This document shows, piece by piece, positions 11,716 through 22,705 of a stretch of 37,319 bases of DNA. Below the pieces are notes generated by a model. The model saw nothing but the letters and a program-made list of their open reading frames with translations, did not search any database and was not told the origin of the DNA. Where the stretch lies: the NCBI GenBank assembly GCA_002269645.1, contig NIVC01004710.1:1-37319 (forward strand), in the 5' to 3' direction. Both the position numbers and the translations under genes were made by a program. The stretch comes from Macrostomum lignano. Its lineage: Eukaryota. Position 1 is the stretch's first letter; each line of letters begins with the position of its first letter.

Positions 11716-11792
11716 CAGCACAGCAAAAAACAGAGCAGCTACGAATGCAGCCAAGCGGCCAGTCATCCGGCCGATTTCCACAAGCGGACGGG

Positions 11793-12830
11793 TCAGACAG
11801 CGGCGGGCTGCGGCGGAAGTTGCAGCAGGCGGGCCACGGAGGCGGCCAGACTGGCGAACTCGGCGGTGTTGGGCGACTCCGGACAGGCCAAGAAGCTCGG
11901 CCGGCCGTCGTCCAAGGCCTGCGCGTCGCCCGGCTCGAGCTCCAGCTCCGCCAGCAGCTTCAGCTCAGCCGTCCTGATGAGGTCGCCGAGGGCATCTGAG
12001 TTGAACAGCGGGTGGCGGGCAGAGCAGGCGGGGCAGCGGAAGGCCGCCATGTTGTGCACAACGCCGAGGACAGGCACCCGCAGGGCGGCCATCATATCGA
12101 CGTGCCGTGCCACATCTGCCACGGCGACTCGTTGCGCGGTGGCCACCAGCAGGCAGGCGGCGGCCGGGACGCTCTGCGCCACGGACAGCGGGACGTCGCC
12201 GCTGCCAGGCGGCAGGTCCACCAGCAGAACGTCCGTCCGCGGCCAGGCTACACCAGACAGCAGCTGGGAGACGGCGCTGGTCAGCATGTGGCCGCGCCAC
12301 ACCGGCGCCCGGCCCTCCGGAATCAGCAGCGACATGGAGGAGCAGTGCAGGCCGTGCGCCTCCACAGGCAGGAGATGCGGGCGGCCGCCTCCCGCAGCTG
12401 GCGGTGCCTCGGCCTCCATGCGGCGGCCGCGCAGGCCCAGCAGGGTGGCCAGCGAGGGCCCCTGGATGTCCGCGTCCGCCAGACCCACTCGATAGCCAGC
12501 TGTTGCCATGGCGACCGCTAGATTAACCGACACGGTCGACTTGCCTAAAAAAACGAAAATAATTAACTGGCGAAAATGTTACAGGTGGAAATACAGAACA
12601 GCTTCTGAATCGAGCCACTGACCAACGCCTCCCTTTCCAGATCCCACAAGCAGGATCTTGTCCACATTGGGTATCGGCTTTTTCTGTGGCAGTCCCCTGC
12701 CTTTATTGGGACCTGGAGTGCCAGATGATCCTGCAGTAGCCAGCTGCCGAAATAAAGAAATCATGGAAACTCTTGCTGGGCAGCTGAAGCTCTTGCTGGT
12801 AGAAATTCCAGCTCTGGTGTGCAAAGCCAT
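11793..12830 (-). CDS. NUBPL: Mitochondrial Mrp/NBP35-family P-loop ATPase (NUBPL/Ind1, complex I Fe-S assembly). Exons 12830-12623 and 12544-11793; 319 aa
   Basis: RGLPQKKPIPNVDKILLVGSGKGGV|GKSTVSVNLA: the deviant Walker A GKGGVGKST is rebuilt across a 78-nt phase-1 intron. Also DADIQGPS, PVWRG, VDLPPGSGD and NMAAFRCPAC (CxxC). The N-terminus is R/S/L-rich like a presequence, and there is no N-terminal 4-Cys cluster as in NUBP1. Confidence 0.9.
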
Positions 12831-13644
12831 GGGATGGCAGCAATTTTGCACTGGAATTGTGACATTGTGGCGATATGCTAGTGTATTTTTATTATTGCAA
12901 TATTATGCTTTGTGCATTCTTAGTTAGTTAGTATTTGCATGCGCATTGATTGGCTAGTGTGTTTCAGTGCATGTGCACTGCATCGGGTTGTTTGCGTTTT
13001 ACGCGTGGCTAGCATGGTGGGGTCTGGGCAGTCAGGCCAACCACCCTCTTTAAGTCCTAGGGTTGATGAATAAGAATAAACAAGTCATATAAGAGCCCAG
13101 TTGTGTGTACTGGCTCTCCACGTTTAACTTTCTTACGCATTCACTACAAGCCTTTAGCTTCAATTTATCGTAGGAATGATAAATAATATTCTCCTTTTTA
13201 ATAATATTATGCTAATATGAACAAAAAATCCTAAAAAATATATAAAATACAATAATAAAATATATTACAATAATTCAAATAATAAATCTATCTAATGATC
13301 TAAGGGTAAATCTCAAACACAAAAGTAAAAAATTTGACAAAAAATAAAAGTTCTGTGGCATGCAAAATAATGCTTTACCTCTGAAGATTAAACAATAATA
13401 TAATAATTTTTCTTCTTAAAACCACAAGTTGGCCTGAATTTCAAGAAAGAATGCTGTTTGTTTTTTCGAAGGGTATTCTGACAACGATTAATACCGAAGA
13501 TAAACAGTTTGTTCATTTAACATACAAAATTGTAGTTTTTGTTTTTTTAGAGTTAAATTTCTATTGGTTTGTAGTATACACAAAATATTCTTTGTTTTTA
13601 AGCAACATTTTGTTATAAATTGAGGCTGTTTATAGTTACTTAAT

Positions 13645-13730
13645 TCCATATACTAAAAATGGTCTGTTGGTATGTGTGTGATCGATTTTAGCAAAAACGG
13701 CTCAACCGATTTTATTCGAACTTGCACCAT
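13645..13730 (+). mobile_element. Helitron-like non-autonomous 5' end motif
   Basis: TCCATATACTAAAAAT, then a GTCTG/GTATGTGTGTG microsatellite-like patch, then AAAAACGGCTCAACCGATTTT. This order resembles the 5' part of invertebrate non-autonomous Helitron families. The base before TC is T rather than the canonical A. Confidence 0.4.
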
Positions 13731-14174
13731 TCGATCAGAAATTTTTCCGTGACGGTACATGCATCGTGGCTAAGAAATTGCTCGATGCTAAAGGGATTAA
13801 ATATTCGAAAAACATGCTTTTTTGCAAAGGTCAAGCAGCTATTTCGACTTGAAACGCACTGTAAAAATGCTAGAGAAAAAACTGACTGGTTGAATTCTGA
13901 TTCTGAAATAGATTGCATCACAATACACTTTATTTATCGTCTGTGTACTGGCTGAATTTGACACTCAATTGAATTGCGTCACAGCTTTGAGTGTGAAAGT
14001 ATAGTGCAGTACTGAATTTATATTACGTAACCATATTGTTAGCTTTCATAGACACTGGTACTGACTTGCCTAAGAAATTGATTATGTCATAACTGCTTCG
14101 CGTGACTTTTTACTCTACCTGACTTGGTGTGAGTGTTGAATTATATAAGTGGTACAAATTCACTGATAACTTCG

Positions 14175-14271
14175 ATGAGAGCTAGCCTAGAGCAGAACAG
14201 ACCAGACTGCTAATGCAGTGACCTGGGTTCGAATCTAAGTAGTAGTGTAAAATTTTTTATTAAAAGCTTTT
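14175..14271 (+). mobile_element. tRNA-derived (SINE-like) head, copy 1
   Basis: A-box-like TAGCCTAGAGC (14183-14193), anticodon-loop-like CTGCTAA, B box GGTTCGAATC (14226-14235), T6 run at 14253-14258. Homologous to 16096-16192. Confidence 0.6.
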
Positions 14272-14297
14272 ATTAAAGGACTAAATAAAAACACTTA

Positions 14298-15805
14298 GAT
14301 TACTGCACTCGATAAGCTAAGGATTATTGCTCTTGGCAAACCAAGGAATACTGCACTCGATAAGCCAAGGATTATTGCTATTAATAAACCAAGGATTACT
14401 GCACTCGATAAGCCAAGGATTATTGCTATTAATAAACCAAGGATTACTGCACTCAATAAACCAAGGACTATTGCTATTAATAAACCAAGGATTACTGCAC
14501 TCAATAAACCAAGGACTATTGCTCTTGGCAAACCAAGGATTACTGCACTCGATAAGCCAAGGATTATTGCTATTAATAAACCAAGGATTACTGCACTCAA
14601 TAAACCAAGGACTATTGCTCTTGGCAAACCAAGGATTACTGCACTCGATAAGCCAAGGACTATTGCTCTTGGCAAACCAAGGATTACTGCACTCGATAAG
14701 CCATGGATTATTGCTATTAATAAACCAAGGATTACTGCACTCGATAAGCCAAGGATTATTGCTATTAATAAACCAAGGATTACTGCACTCGATAAACCAA
14801 GGACTATTGCTATTAATAAACCAAGGATTATGCACTTGGCAAACCAAGGATTACTGCACTCGATAAGCCAAGGATTATTGCTATTAATAAACCACGGATT
14901 ACTGCACTCAATAAACCAAGGACTATTGCTATTAATAAACCAAGGATTACTGCACTCAATAAACCAAGGACTATTGCTCTTGGCAAACCAAGGATTACTG
15001 CACTCGATAAGCCATGGATTATTGCTATTAATAAACCAAGGATTACTGCACTCGATAAGCCATGGATTATTGCTATTAATAAACCAAGGATTACTGCACT
15101 CGATAAGCCATGGATTATTGCTATTAATAAACCAAGGATTACTGCACTCGATAAGCCAAGGATTATTGCTATTAATAAACCAAGGATTATGCACTTGGCA
15201 AACCAAGGATTACTGCACTCGATAAGCCAAGGATTATTGCTATTAATAAACCAAGGATTACTGCACTCAATAAACCAAGGACTATTGCTCTTGGCAAACC
15301 AAGGATTACTGCACTTGATTAATAAAGGATTATTGCTATTAATAAACCAAGGATTACTGCACTCGATAAGCCAAGGATTATTGCTATTAATAAACCAAGG
15401 ATTACTGCACTCGATAAGCCAAGGATTATTGCTATTAATAAACCAAGGATTACTGCACTCGATAAGGCATGGATTATTGCTATTAATAAACCAAGGATTA
15501 CTGCACTCGATAAGCCAAGGATTATTGCTATTAATAAACCAAGGATTACTGCACTCGATAAGCCAAGGATTATTGCTATTAATAAACCATGAATTACTGC
15601 ACTCGATAAGCCAAGGATTATTGCTATTAATAAACCAAGGATTACTGCACTCATAAGCCATGGATTATTGCTATTAATAAACCAAGGATTACTTACTGCA
15701 CTTGGAAAACCAAGAATTACTGCACTCGATAAGCCATGGATTATTGCTATTAATAAACCAAGGATTACTGCACTCGATAGCCAAGGATTACTGCGCTTGA
15801 TAAGC
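14298..15805. repeat. Satellite of alternating 24-bp monomers (48-bp dimer)
   Basis: CCAAGGATTACTGCACTCGATAAG alternates with CCAAGGATTATTGCTATTAATAAA. Variant CCAAGGACTATTGCTCTTGGCAAA. A 23-bp variant occurs at 14821 and 15180. Confidence 0.97.
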
Positions 15806-15837
15806 TTGGCTACATGTATAGGATTATTTCTATCCAG

Positions 15838-16056
15838 GGATGCTTGCTATTTAGGGATTCTTGCTATGTGCAGGATGCTTGCTATCTGGAACGATGCTTC
15901 TACATTATTTGGGGTATGCTTGCTATCTGCAAGATGCTTGCTATCTGCAAGATGCTTGCTATCTGCAGATGCTTGCTATCTGCAGATGCTTGCTATCTGG
16001 GTGGATGCTTGCTAGGAGTATTAGGGGATGCTTGCTACTGGGGGATGCTTGCTGTC
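15838..16056. repeat. Degenerate 17-19-bp tandem repeat with core GATGCTTGCTAT
   Basis: About a dozen cores, best conserved at 15920-16000 (GATGCTTGCTATCTGCA). Confidence 0.9.
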
Positions 16057-16095
16057 TTGGGAATATTTTCTATTTAGGGGTAATGACTAAAATTC

Positions 16096-16192
16096 ATGAG
16101 AGCTAGCCTAGAGGTAAACAGACTAAACTGCTAAATGCAGGGACGATGGTTCGAATTTTTAGAGAGTAGAGTTTTTTTAATTAAAGCTTTTT
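16096..16192 (+). mobile_element. tRNA-derived (SINE-like) head, copy 2
   Basis: ATGAGAGCTAGCCTAGAGG (A box), CTGCTAA, GGTTCGAATT (B box), T7 run at 16172-16178. Aligns with 14175-14271. Confidence 0.6.
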
Positions 16193-16216
16193 AACGCCAA
16201 GACAAAAAAAATTATG

Positions 16217-17195
16217 GAAGCGTCATGTAAACAATCATACAAGCGTCATGTAAACAATCATAGAAGCGTCATGTAAAAAATCATAGAAGCGTCATGTTAA
16301 AATCATAAAAGCGTCATAAAAAATCATAGAAGCGTCATGTAAACAATCATACAAGCGTCATGTAAACAATCATAGAAGCGTCATGTAAACAATCATAGAA
16401 GCGTCATGTAAACAATCATAGAAGCGTCATGTAAAAATCATAGAAGCGTCATGTAAACAATCATAAAAGCGTCATGTAAACAATCATAGAAGCGTCATGT
16501 AAACAATCATAGAAGCGTCATGTAAACAATCATAGAAGCGTCATGTAAAAAATCATAGAAGCGTCATGTAAAAATCATAGAAGCGTCATGTAAAAATCAT
16601 AGAAGCGTCATGAAAAAATCATAGAAGCGTCATGTAAAAATCATAGAAGCGTCATGTAAAAATCATAGAAGCGTCATGTAAACAATCATAGAAGCGTCAT
16701 GTTAAAATCATAAAAGCGTCATGTAAACAATCATACAAGCGTCATGTAAACAATCATAGAAGCGTCATGTAAAAAATCATAGAAGCGTCATGTTAAAATC
16801 ATAAAAGCGTCTTAAAAATCATAGAAGCGTCATGTAAACAATCATAGAAGCGTCATGTAAACAATCATAGAAGCGTCATGTAAAAAATCATAGAAGCGTC
16901 ATGTAAAAATCATAGAAGCGTCATGTAAAAATCATAGAAGCGTCATGAAAAAATCATAGAAGCGTCATGTAAAAATCATAGTAGCGTCATGTAAAAATCA
17001 TAGAAGCGTCATGTAAAAAATCATAGAAGCGTCATGTAAACAATCATACAAGCGTCATGTAAACAATCATAGAAGCGTCATGTAAACAATCATAAAAGCG
17101 TCATGTAAACAATCATAAAAGCGTCATGTAAACAAGCATAGAAGCGTCATGTTAGCATAGAAGCGTCATGAAAAAATCATAGAAGCCTCATATAA
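16217..17195. repeat. 22-23-bp satellite (AGAAGCGTCATGTAAACAATCAT), about 43 copies, decaying at its 3' end
   Basis: AAGCGTC recurs with a 22-23-nt period. Confidence 0.97.
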
Positions 17196-17339
17196 AAACT
17201 AATGAAAGTGTGTCTTTTAAAAAATTAAGAAGCATCATGGAAGAATAAAAGAAGCGTAACGTAAAAATCAAAAGAAGCGTCATGTCAGACATGAAACAAG
17301 TGTCATAAAAATTAAATGAAGCTATAGTGCTGTGCTGGG

Positions 17340-18310
17340 GAGAATCACTGAGACGTCAAGGCTCACAGAGAATAACTGAGATTACAGGGGGTTTCTGAGA
17401 TGTTAAAGCAAAAGTCAGAAGCTACTTCAAAGTACATGTACTTTACTTAAGTTTTTTTATTGCATTCTTTGTTGGCTTGCCACGGTGGGGGGGGGGCGCT
17501 GATAGAAGAAGAGTCATGTAAAAATAAAAGGAGCACTATGTATACATAAAATAAAAGTCATGTCAAAGTTAAAAGATTCATTTGGGAATTGCTACGATGT
17601 CAAAGCTTGGAGGGAATCGTTATAGTGCTGTGATTCTTAAAGAAGGAATCACTTAAATGCCAAGGCTTAGGGAAGAAGAATTGCTGTGATTTCAAGGCTT
17701 TAGGTTGGGTAAAAGTTAGGTTTACGTCAGGTTTGGGTTGAGGGTTAGATTTTAGCGCGTTTCAAGGTTAACAGGGGATTTTTTAGATTTCAAGGTTTAT
17801 GGGGGGCATCGCTGACATGTCAAGGCTTACGAGGGGAATCTATCTATCTATCTATCTATAGCTGAGATGTCAAGGCTCACGGGGGAATAAATGAGATGTC
17901 AAGGCTAATGTCAGAAGCTACATGTAGTTTATTGGAAAAAGTTATTACATTATTTGTTGGCTCCTCACGGGAGGGATCGCTGATAGAAAAAGCGTAATGT
18001 AAAAAAAAGAAGCTTCATGTCGAAGTTAAGAGATTAATTTGGGAATCCCTACGATGTCGAGGCTTGCAGGGAATCGCTTTAATGCTGTAGTAGTGCTATA
18101 GACTCTTAGAGAGAATTACTGAAATTTCAATGCTTTAGGGTTAGGGTTAGGGTTAGGGTTAGGGTTAGGGTTAGGGTTAGGGTTAGGGTTAGAAAGTAGA
18201 CAGATTTTTTAAGATTTCAAGGCTTATGGGAGCATCGCTGAGATGTCAAGGGGGGAGTTGATATGTTAAGGCTTGTGGGGGGGGGGGTTGCTGACATGTC
18301 AAGGCTTACA
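17340..18310. repeat. Diverged tandem duplication of a roughly 430-500-bp block, itself built from a GCTGAGATGTCAAGGCT-like subrepeat
   Basis: Shared anchors: GTCAGAAGCTAC 17414/17910, GCTGATAGAA 17498/17979, TTTGGGAAT 17581/18038. A (TCTA)n tract lies between the copies near 17840-17860. Confidence 0.8.
18135..18192 (+). repeat. Interstitial telomeric repeat (TTAGGG)9 TTAG
   Basis: Nine perfect hexamers counted. Confidence 0.97.
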
Positions 18311-18514
18311 CGGGTACTGGTAGCGTACTGAAGCATACTGGTAGAAGTAGCTCTGAAAGAAGGCAAGTATGGTTGAATTTCAATGTCTGTTATAAAATTC
18401 TGCACAAACATGTTTTATTGGTACATAAGCCTGGAATTAAAATGAGAATTCGATTCCTAGCCCCCCTCCCTAAGAATTTTTTTTCATTTTAAAGGATTCG
18501 TCCCTTGCTTATTG

Positions 18515-18545
18515 GCCACCCCGAAGGGGGGCGCTAGATTGCTAG
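18515..18545 (+). mobile_element. Helitron-like 3' terminus (GC hairpin followed by CTAG|T)
   Basis: GCCACCCC-GAA-GGGGGGC hairpin at 18515-18532, then CTAG at 18542-18545 followed by T. Confidence 0.4.
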
Positions 18546-21500
18546 TTAACGTGCTAAGAATCTGCCTGATTTAATATAAACGGAATATACGGTACCTAAA
18601 CCATTTTTTATATATATATCGACAACATATCCCGTTGATGGACTGATAATGAACGGAGTTTATTATTGATGGCAATGAAACGATGCCAATTGGGTTATTT
18701 ATTTTTACTAAAATTTAATATGGCGAAACCTACAAATTCTGTAATATTCAGACTGACACCGATGGATCATGGATCTAGTATTCAACTTGAACATATTTTA
18801 ATTAAGTAAATGTATTGAATTTTCTTTAAATTACACGTTTGTCTCTTTAATTCAACTGAATCAACTTTTGCAGCTATCAAATTGCAAGCCATACCACAAA
18901 AATAACACCAATACTTTCCCTTAATTTCTTGACAAAGAACTCGAAGCTGCTGTTCTCTCATACTGCTAAAAAGCTAGAAGTTAAAAAATATACTTATACA
19001 TTTTACTTTTGAAGTTTTGACTAAGGTTTCCATCACTGATCAAATATATCGTCTGTAGAATGTAGATGTTTGTTTGTAAATTAAAGCAAAACAAAAAATT
19101 GCATGTATATTTCCCATTTCTACTTTAAAATGTGCAAGAAAAAACAGACTGAAACAGATACTTGAACTGCACTGGACTTATATAAAGAAGTGCAGACCAT
19201 AAAAATGCAATGAAATTAAAAGCGTACAGTTACTGGCACTAGGAAAATGTACAACAGTAAATAAAAGCCAAAAAGATACTGGCAAAAAGAAAAAAACAGA
19301 AAACTTACAGACTGAAAAATACTATACAAAGCAGATATGGCACTGAAAACTAAGAAAAATGTAAATGGCAAATGGCAAATGTTAAACTGGGAACTAAAAC
19401 ATATATATATGCTGAGAGAAAGGTAATACAGTATGCTAAGAGAAAGCAACAGATGTACAGGCCAGGATAAGATGCAACTGACAGTACAAATATAGTATAT
19501 AGGATTTCAAACTCTTACATAGATGTGTTAGTTTTTATGCCCAACACTGTAACTACACAGTGCACATGTGAAACAATGTGCATGTGTGGCATTTGGCATT
19601 GGCCCAGCCCAGCAATTCTTTCTACCCTCATGACTGCTATGCCACCATGGCCAACACTCCCTTCTTGCACTGTACTATAGAGATACATATAAATATATTC
19701 TATTATCATGCAATATCCACTTTTATTCCAGACAAGAAATGAATTTTGAAGTAAATTTGTGTATTGTAGAAAATAGAAACCATATAAGAATGAGGTATTA
19801 TCATCTTAATGTTATCTGGTATCAATTTAAAGAAAATAACTGTAGAAATTTTAGGAATGTCTACATTGAAAATTGCCAAAATTTACAAATAGACAGATAG
19901 ACTCTCACTTTGTATTTTTGTAAATGAATACCAAGATAGCAGAGTACAATTGAAAATGACTAAATAGAAATAATAGATATGGCATTCAAATTGCAAGGTA
20001 AACATATACTGCTACACACAGATATTGAGATATAAATACAAATAGAAGTAGATAGATTGTGCTTCCTAATTATGAGTAAAAAGGCTTTCTAAGGTGTCAT
20101 TAAATACAATAAAAGTATGCAATACCAGGATTCTTTTTGCTTTCTCCTAACCATGCAATCTGTTTCTAAGGGTTCCTGTTCCTGCCATACCTATTGTCTT
20201 TTGCTAGCCCAAATAGGCATTCAAATATGATAACATTAGAGGAATATATTAAATACATTGGCAAAAACAAATTAGAATATTTCTATGGATTACCAAACAT
20301 TAGAGCTCAAAATATACACATAAGATCAAAATTGAATATCATTACAAGCGAATTCATCAAAGATTTTCATACAAAAATAAACAAACTGCTTACTTAAGTA
20401 TGTTAGTTGGCTATAAATGGTAAAAACCCATATAATGAACTTAATAAGGTCTATACTTCTTTAGTAAAATCACAAGAACATGCAATAAAAAACTACTCTT
20501 TGTTTAGTATTTTTCTAAATAATAACAAGTTTTGGGAACATTTACATGCTTATGAGCTGAGTAAACTTACACCTTACAGGAAATTTTGTGCTCATAAAAA
20601 AAGTCAAAATGTAACATCAATAGGCATAAGTAAGTAACAATGCATTGACAGTCGCAGATAAAACAAAATAACAATATTTAAAATGTCTCTGAAAGAATGA
20701 ATCACTAAAGATCAAAATGTTTGGCGTTGTTTATCAGAAAACCTACACCTTACAGGAATTTTTCAACAGTAGACAAGTGTCATGCAATTAAGACAGGGCT
20801 AAATAAGTTCATAAATATTGAAAACACAGCCGTAAAATATCCACAAGCTCACAGATAAAGGTTTTCCCCTATATTTTCAGTCATTGTCCCATAGACAAAA
20901 ATAGTACACGTACACAAAAGAGTGTTATGAAACAAAAAAACGTACTTAAAGTACAAGTCAGAAAAATACGTTTTCGGTCGCTATCGCCACGATAAAAGCA
21001 TAAGCTCTGGCTAAAAGTTTAAAGACACATTTTTCAATCAGTTTTTTATAAATAAAAGTTCAATTTATGTACAAATACTTCTGGTTTAACAATTAAATTC
21101 ATGCTGAAAGAAAAAATTTGTTTATAACTTACGTATATTTCAATTTGAGATTTACCCCTAACATCTCTTAGGCTTGATTATTGAGGACTCTATATGTCAA
21201 AGCATATTTACAAGCAGAATAAATATAAATTATAAAAGCATAGTAGACCTAGGCCTATTTTAAAATGAATTATAGAATCAATTTATTCCCATTCCCAACT
21301 ATAATAAAATCAAAGCCATGAATTTATAATATAAATTATACAAAAAGCCTAGCAGAATTAGTACTCAAAAGTAAAAATGTATTTTTTTATCAAGTTATAT
21401 AAAAATATCACAAAGCTTTAACTAGGCCTAAAATAGATCATTAGTGAGATCAATATGACCTAAAATAGTATAATAATAATTATTTATTTGATATAAAAAA

Positions 21501-22379
21501 GACTAAGCAGTTTTAAATTTATAATGATGTGTGCATTTTTATTTGCTATTATTTTTTAATTAAAATATTGGCGTGATATTTCAGACCTAGACCTACTTAA
21601 AGAAAGCATTTTTACGTCGAGCTTCCACGTGAGAATAAGTTAAAATTTTCGGGTTTGATTTTTCGAATTAGATACGTCAAACAAAACAGCAGCGTCTAAT
21701 TGTTTATTATACAAATTTGATACGTTTAAAGAGTTCTAAAAACATTTTAAGCTTATTTATTTGTATATATAGCAATATAAAGTTATCGTCTAAATTTGTT
21801 TCACCAAACAATAACCTGTTCAAGTTTGGAATGCTCTTACTATTTTTTGTTACTAGAACTTCGCATGAAAAACAATTGAATGATTTGATAAGTTTCACAA
21901 TTCGCAAGTCACTACCAAACTTAAGAAACTTGCTGCGCATAATTTTTTATACGTACTTAACTATATGATGACTATTTACGTAATTCATTAAGCTCCTTTT
22001 CATTTAACTGATTTAATCACTATGTTTATTAATAATACATTTTATCCTGAAAATTCCTGAAAATCCTGACAATTTATAAGGCTTTAATTAGATTAGACTG
22101 CTTGAAAACACGAACAAAGCTTCAAAGATATTTAAAATTAATTTTTATTGATGTATCTGATCGTTATAGCTTTAACTGGATAAGATGTATAGTCACGTAT
22201 ACCGATATAAAATCATAAAAGATTATTTGTGGAACGTTCATTTTAATAACTAATTTTAATATCTTAAGTACTAATACTAATATTCGTAATTAATATGATA
22301 TATATTGAGTTTTCCATTATTTAACTTCTCAGAATTATGAAATTCTAGGGAGAAATTGTCTCCAATTATCCAAACTCAC

Positions 22380-22554
22380 CAGGAGCGGATCCAGAAAATT
22401 TTCGAGGGGGGCAAGCTATACCAAGCACTACAACTTAATGTTGAAAAAATAGATATTGCATAGTTACAGTACAAAAGTATGGCCCAATTTTTTTTGGTCA
22501 CGGCCGAGGCCCCTTCATGGCCCCTTGCGCCCCCCCCCCCTGGATCCGCCCCTG
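22380..22554. mobile_element. 175-bp MITE, probably hAT superfamily
   Basis: 15-bp TIRs CAGGAGCGGATCCAG / CTGGATCCGCCCCTG match at 14/15. The 8-bp flanks AAACTCAC / AGACTCGT match at 5/8 with transitions only, consistent with an aged 8-bp TSD. Confidence 0.75.
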
Positions 22555-22705
22555 AGACTCGTCTATTTTGGTTTATCAGATTTCAATGCACGCGATGTTG
22601 CCATTGACAGCAGCAATTATGAATTCATAAGAGAAGTTAAAAAAAAACTTTCCAGTGTCAAAAATTTATGAATCGAATACTAAATTTTCAGCCTCGTTCG
22701 CAGCT

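Noticed and set aside
14175-14260. Functional tRNA-Ser(GCT) gene (also 16096-16180)
   Set aside because: Acceptor, anticodon and T stems do not pair fully and the long Ser variable arm is absent. Kept only as a tRNA-derived head.
14295-15661. Long ORFs of 111-303 aa, some resembling multi-pass membrane proteins
   Set aside because: They arise from a stop-free 24-bp period on both strands, have no unique flanking coding sequence and mostly start at non-ATG codons.
20194-20637. Two consecutive AT-rich ORFs as a possible pseudogene or viral gene
   Set aside because: Short, no recognisable motif, and composition matches the surrounding non-coding DNA.
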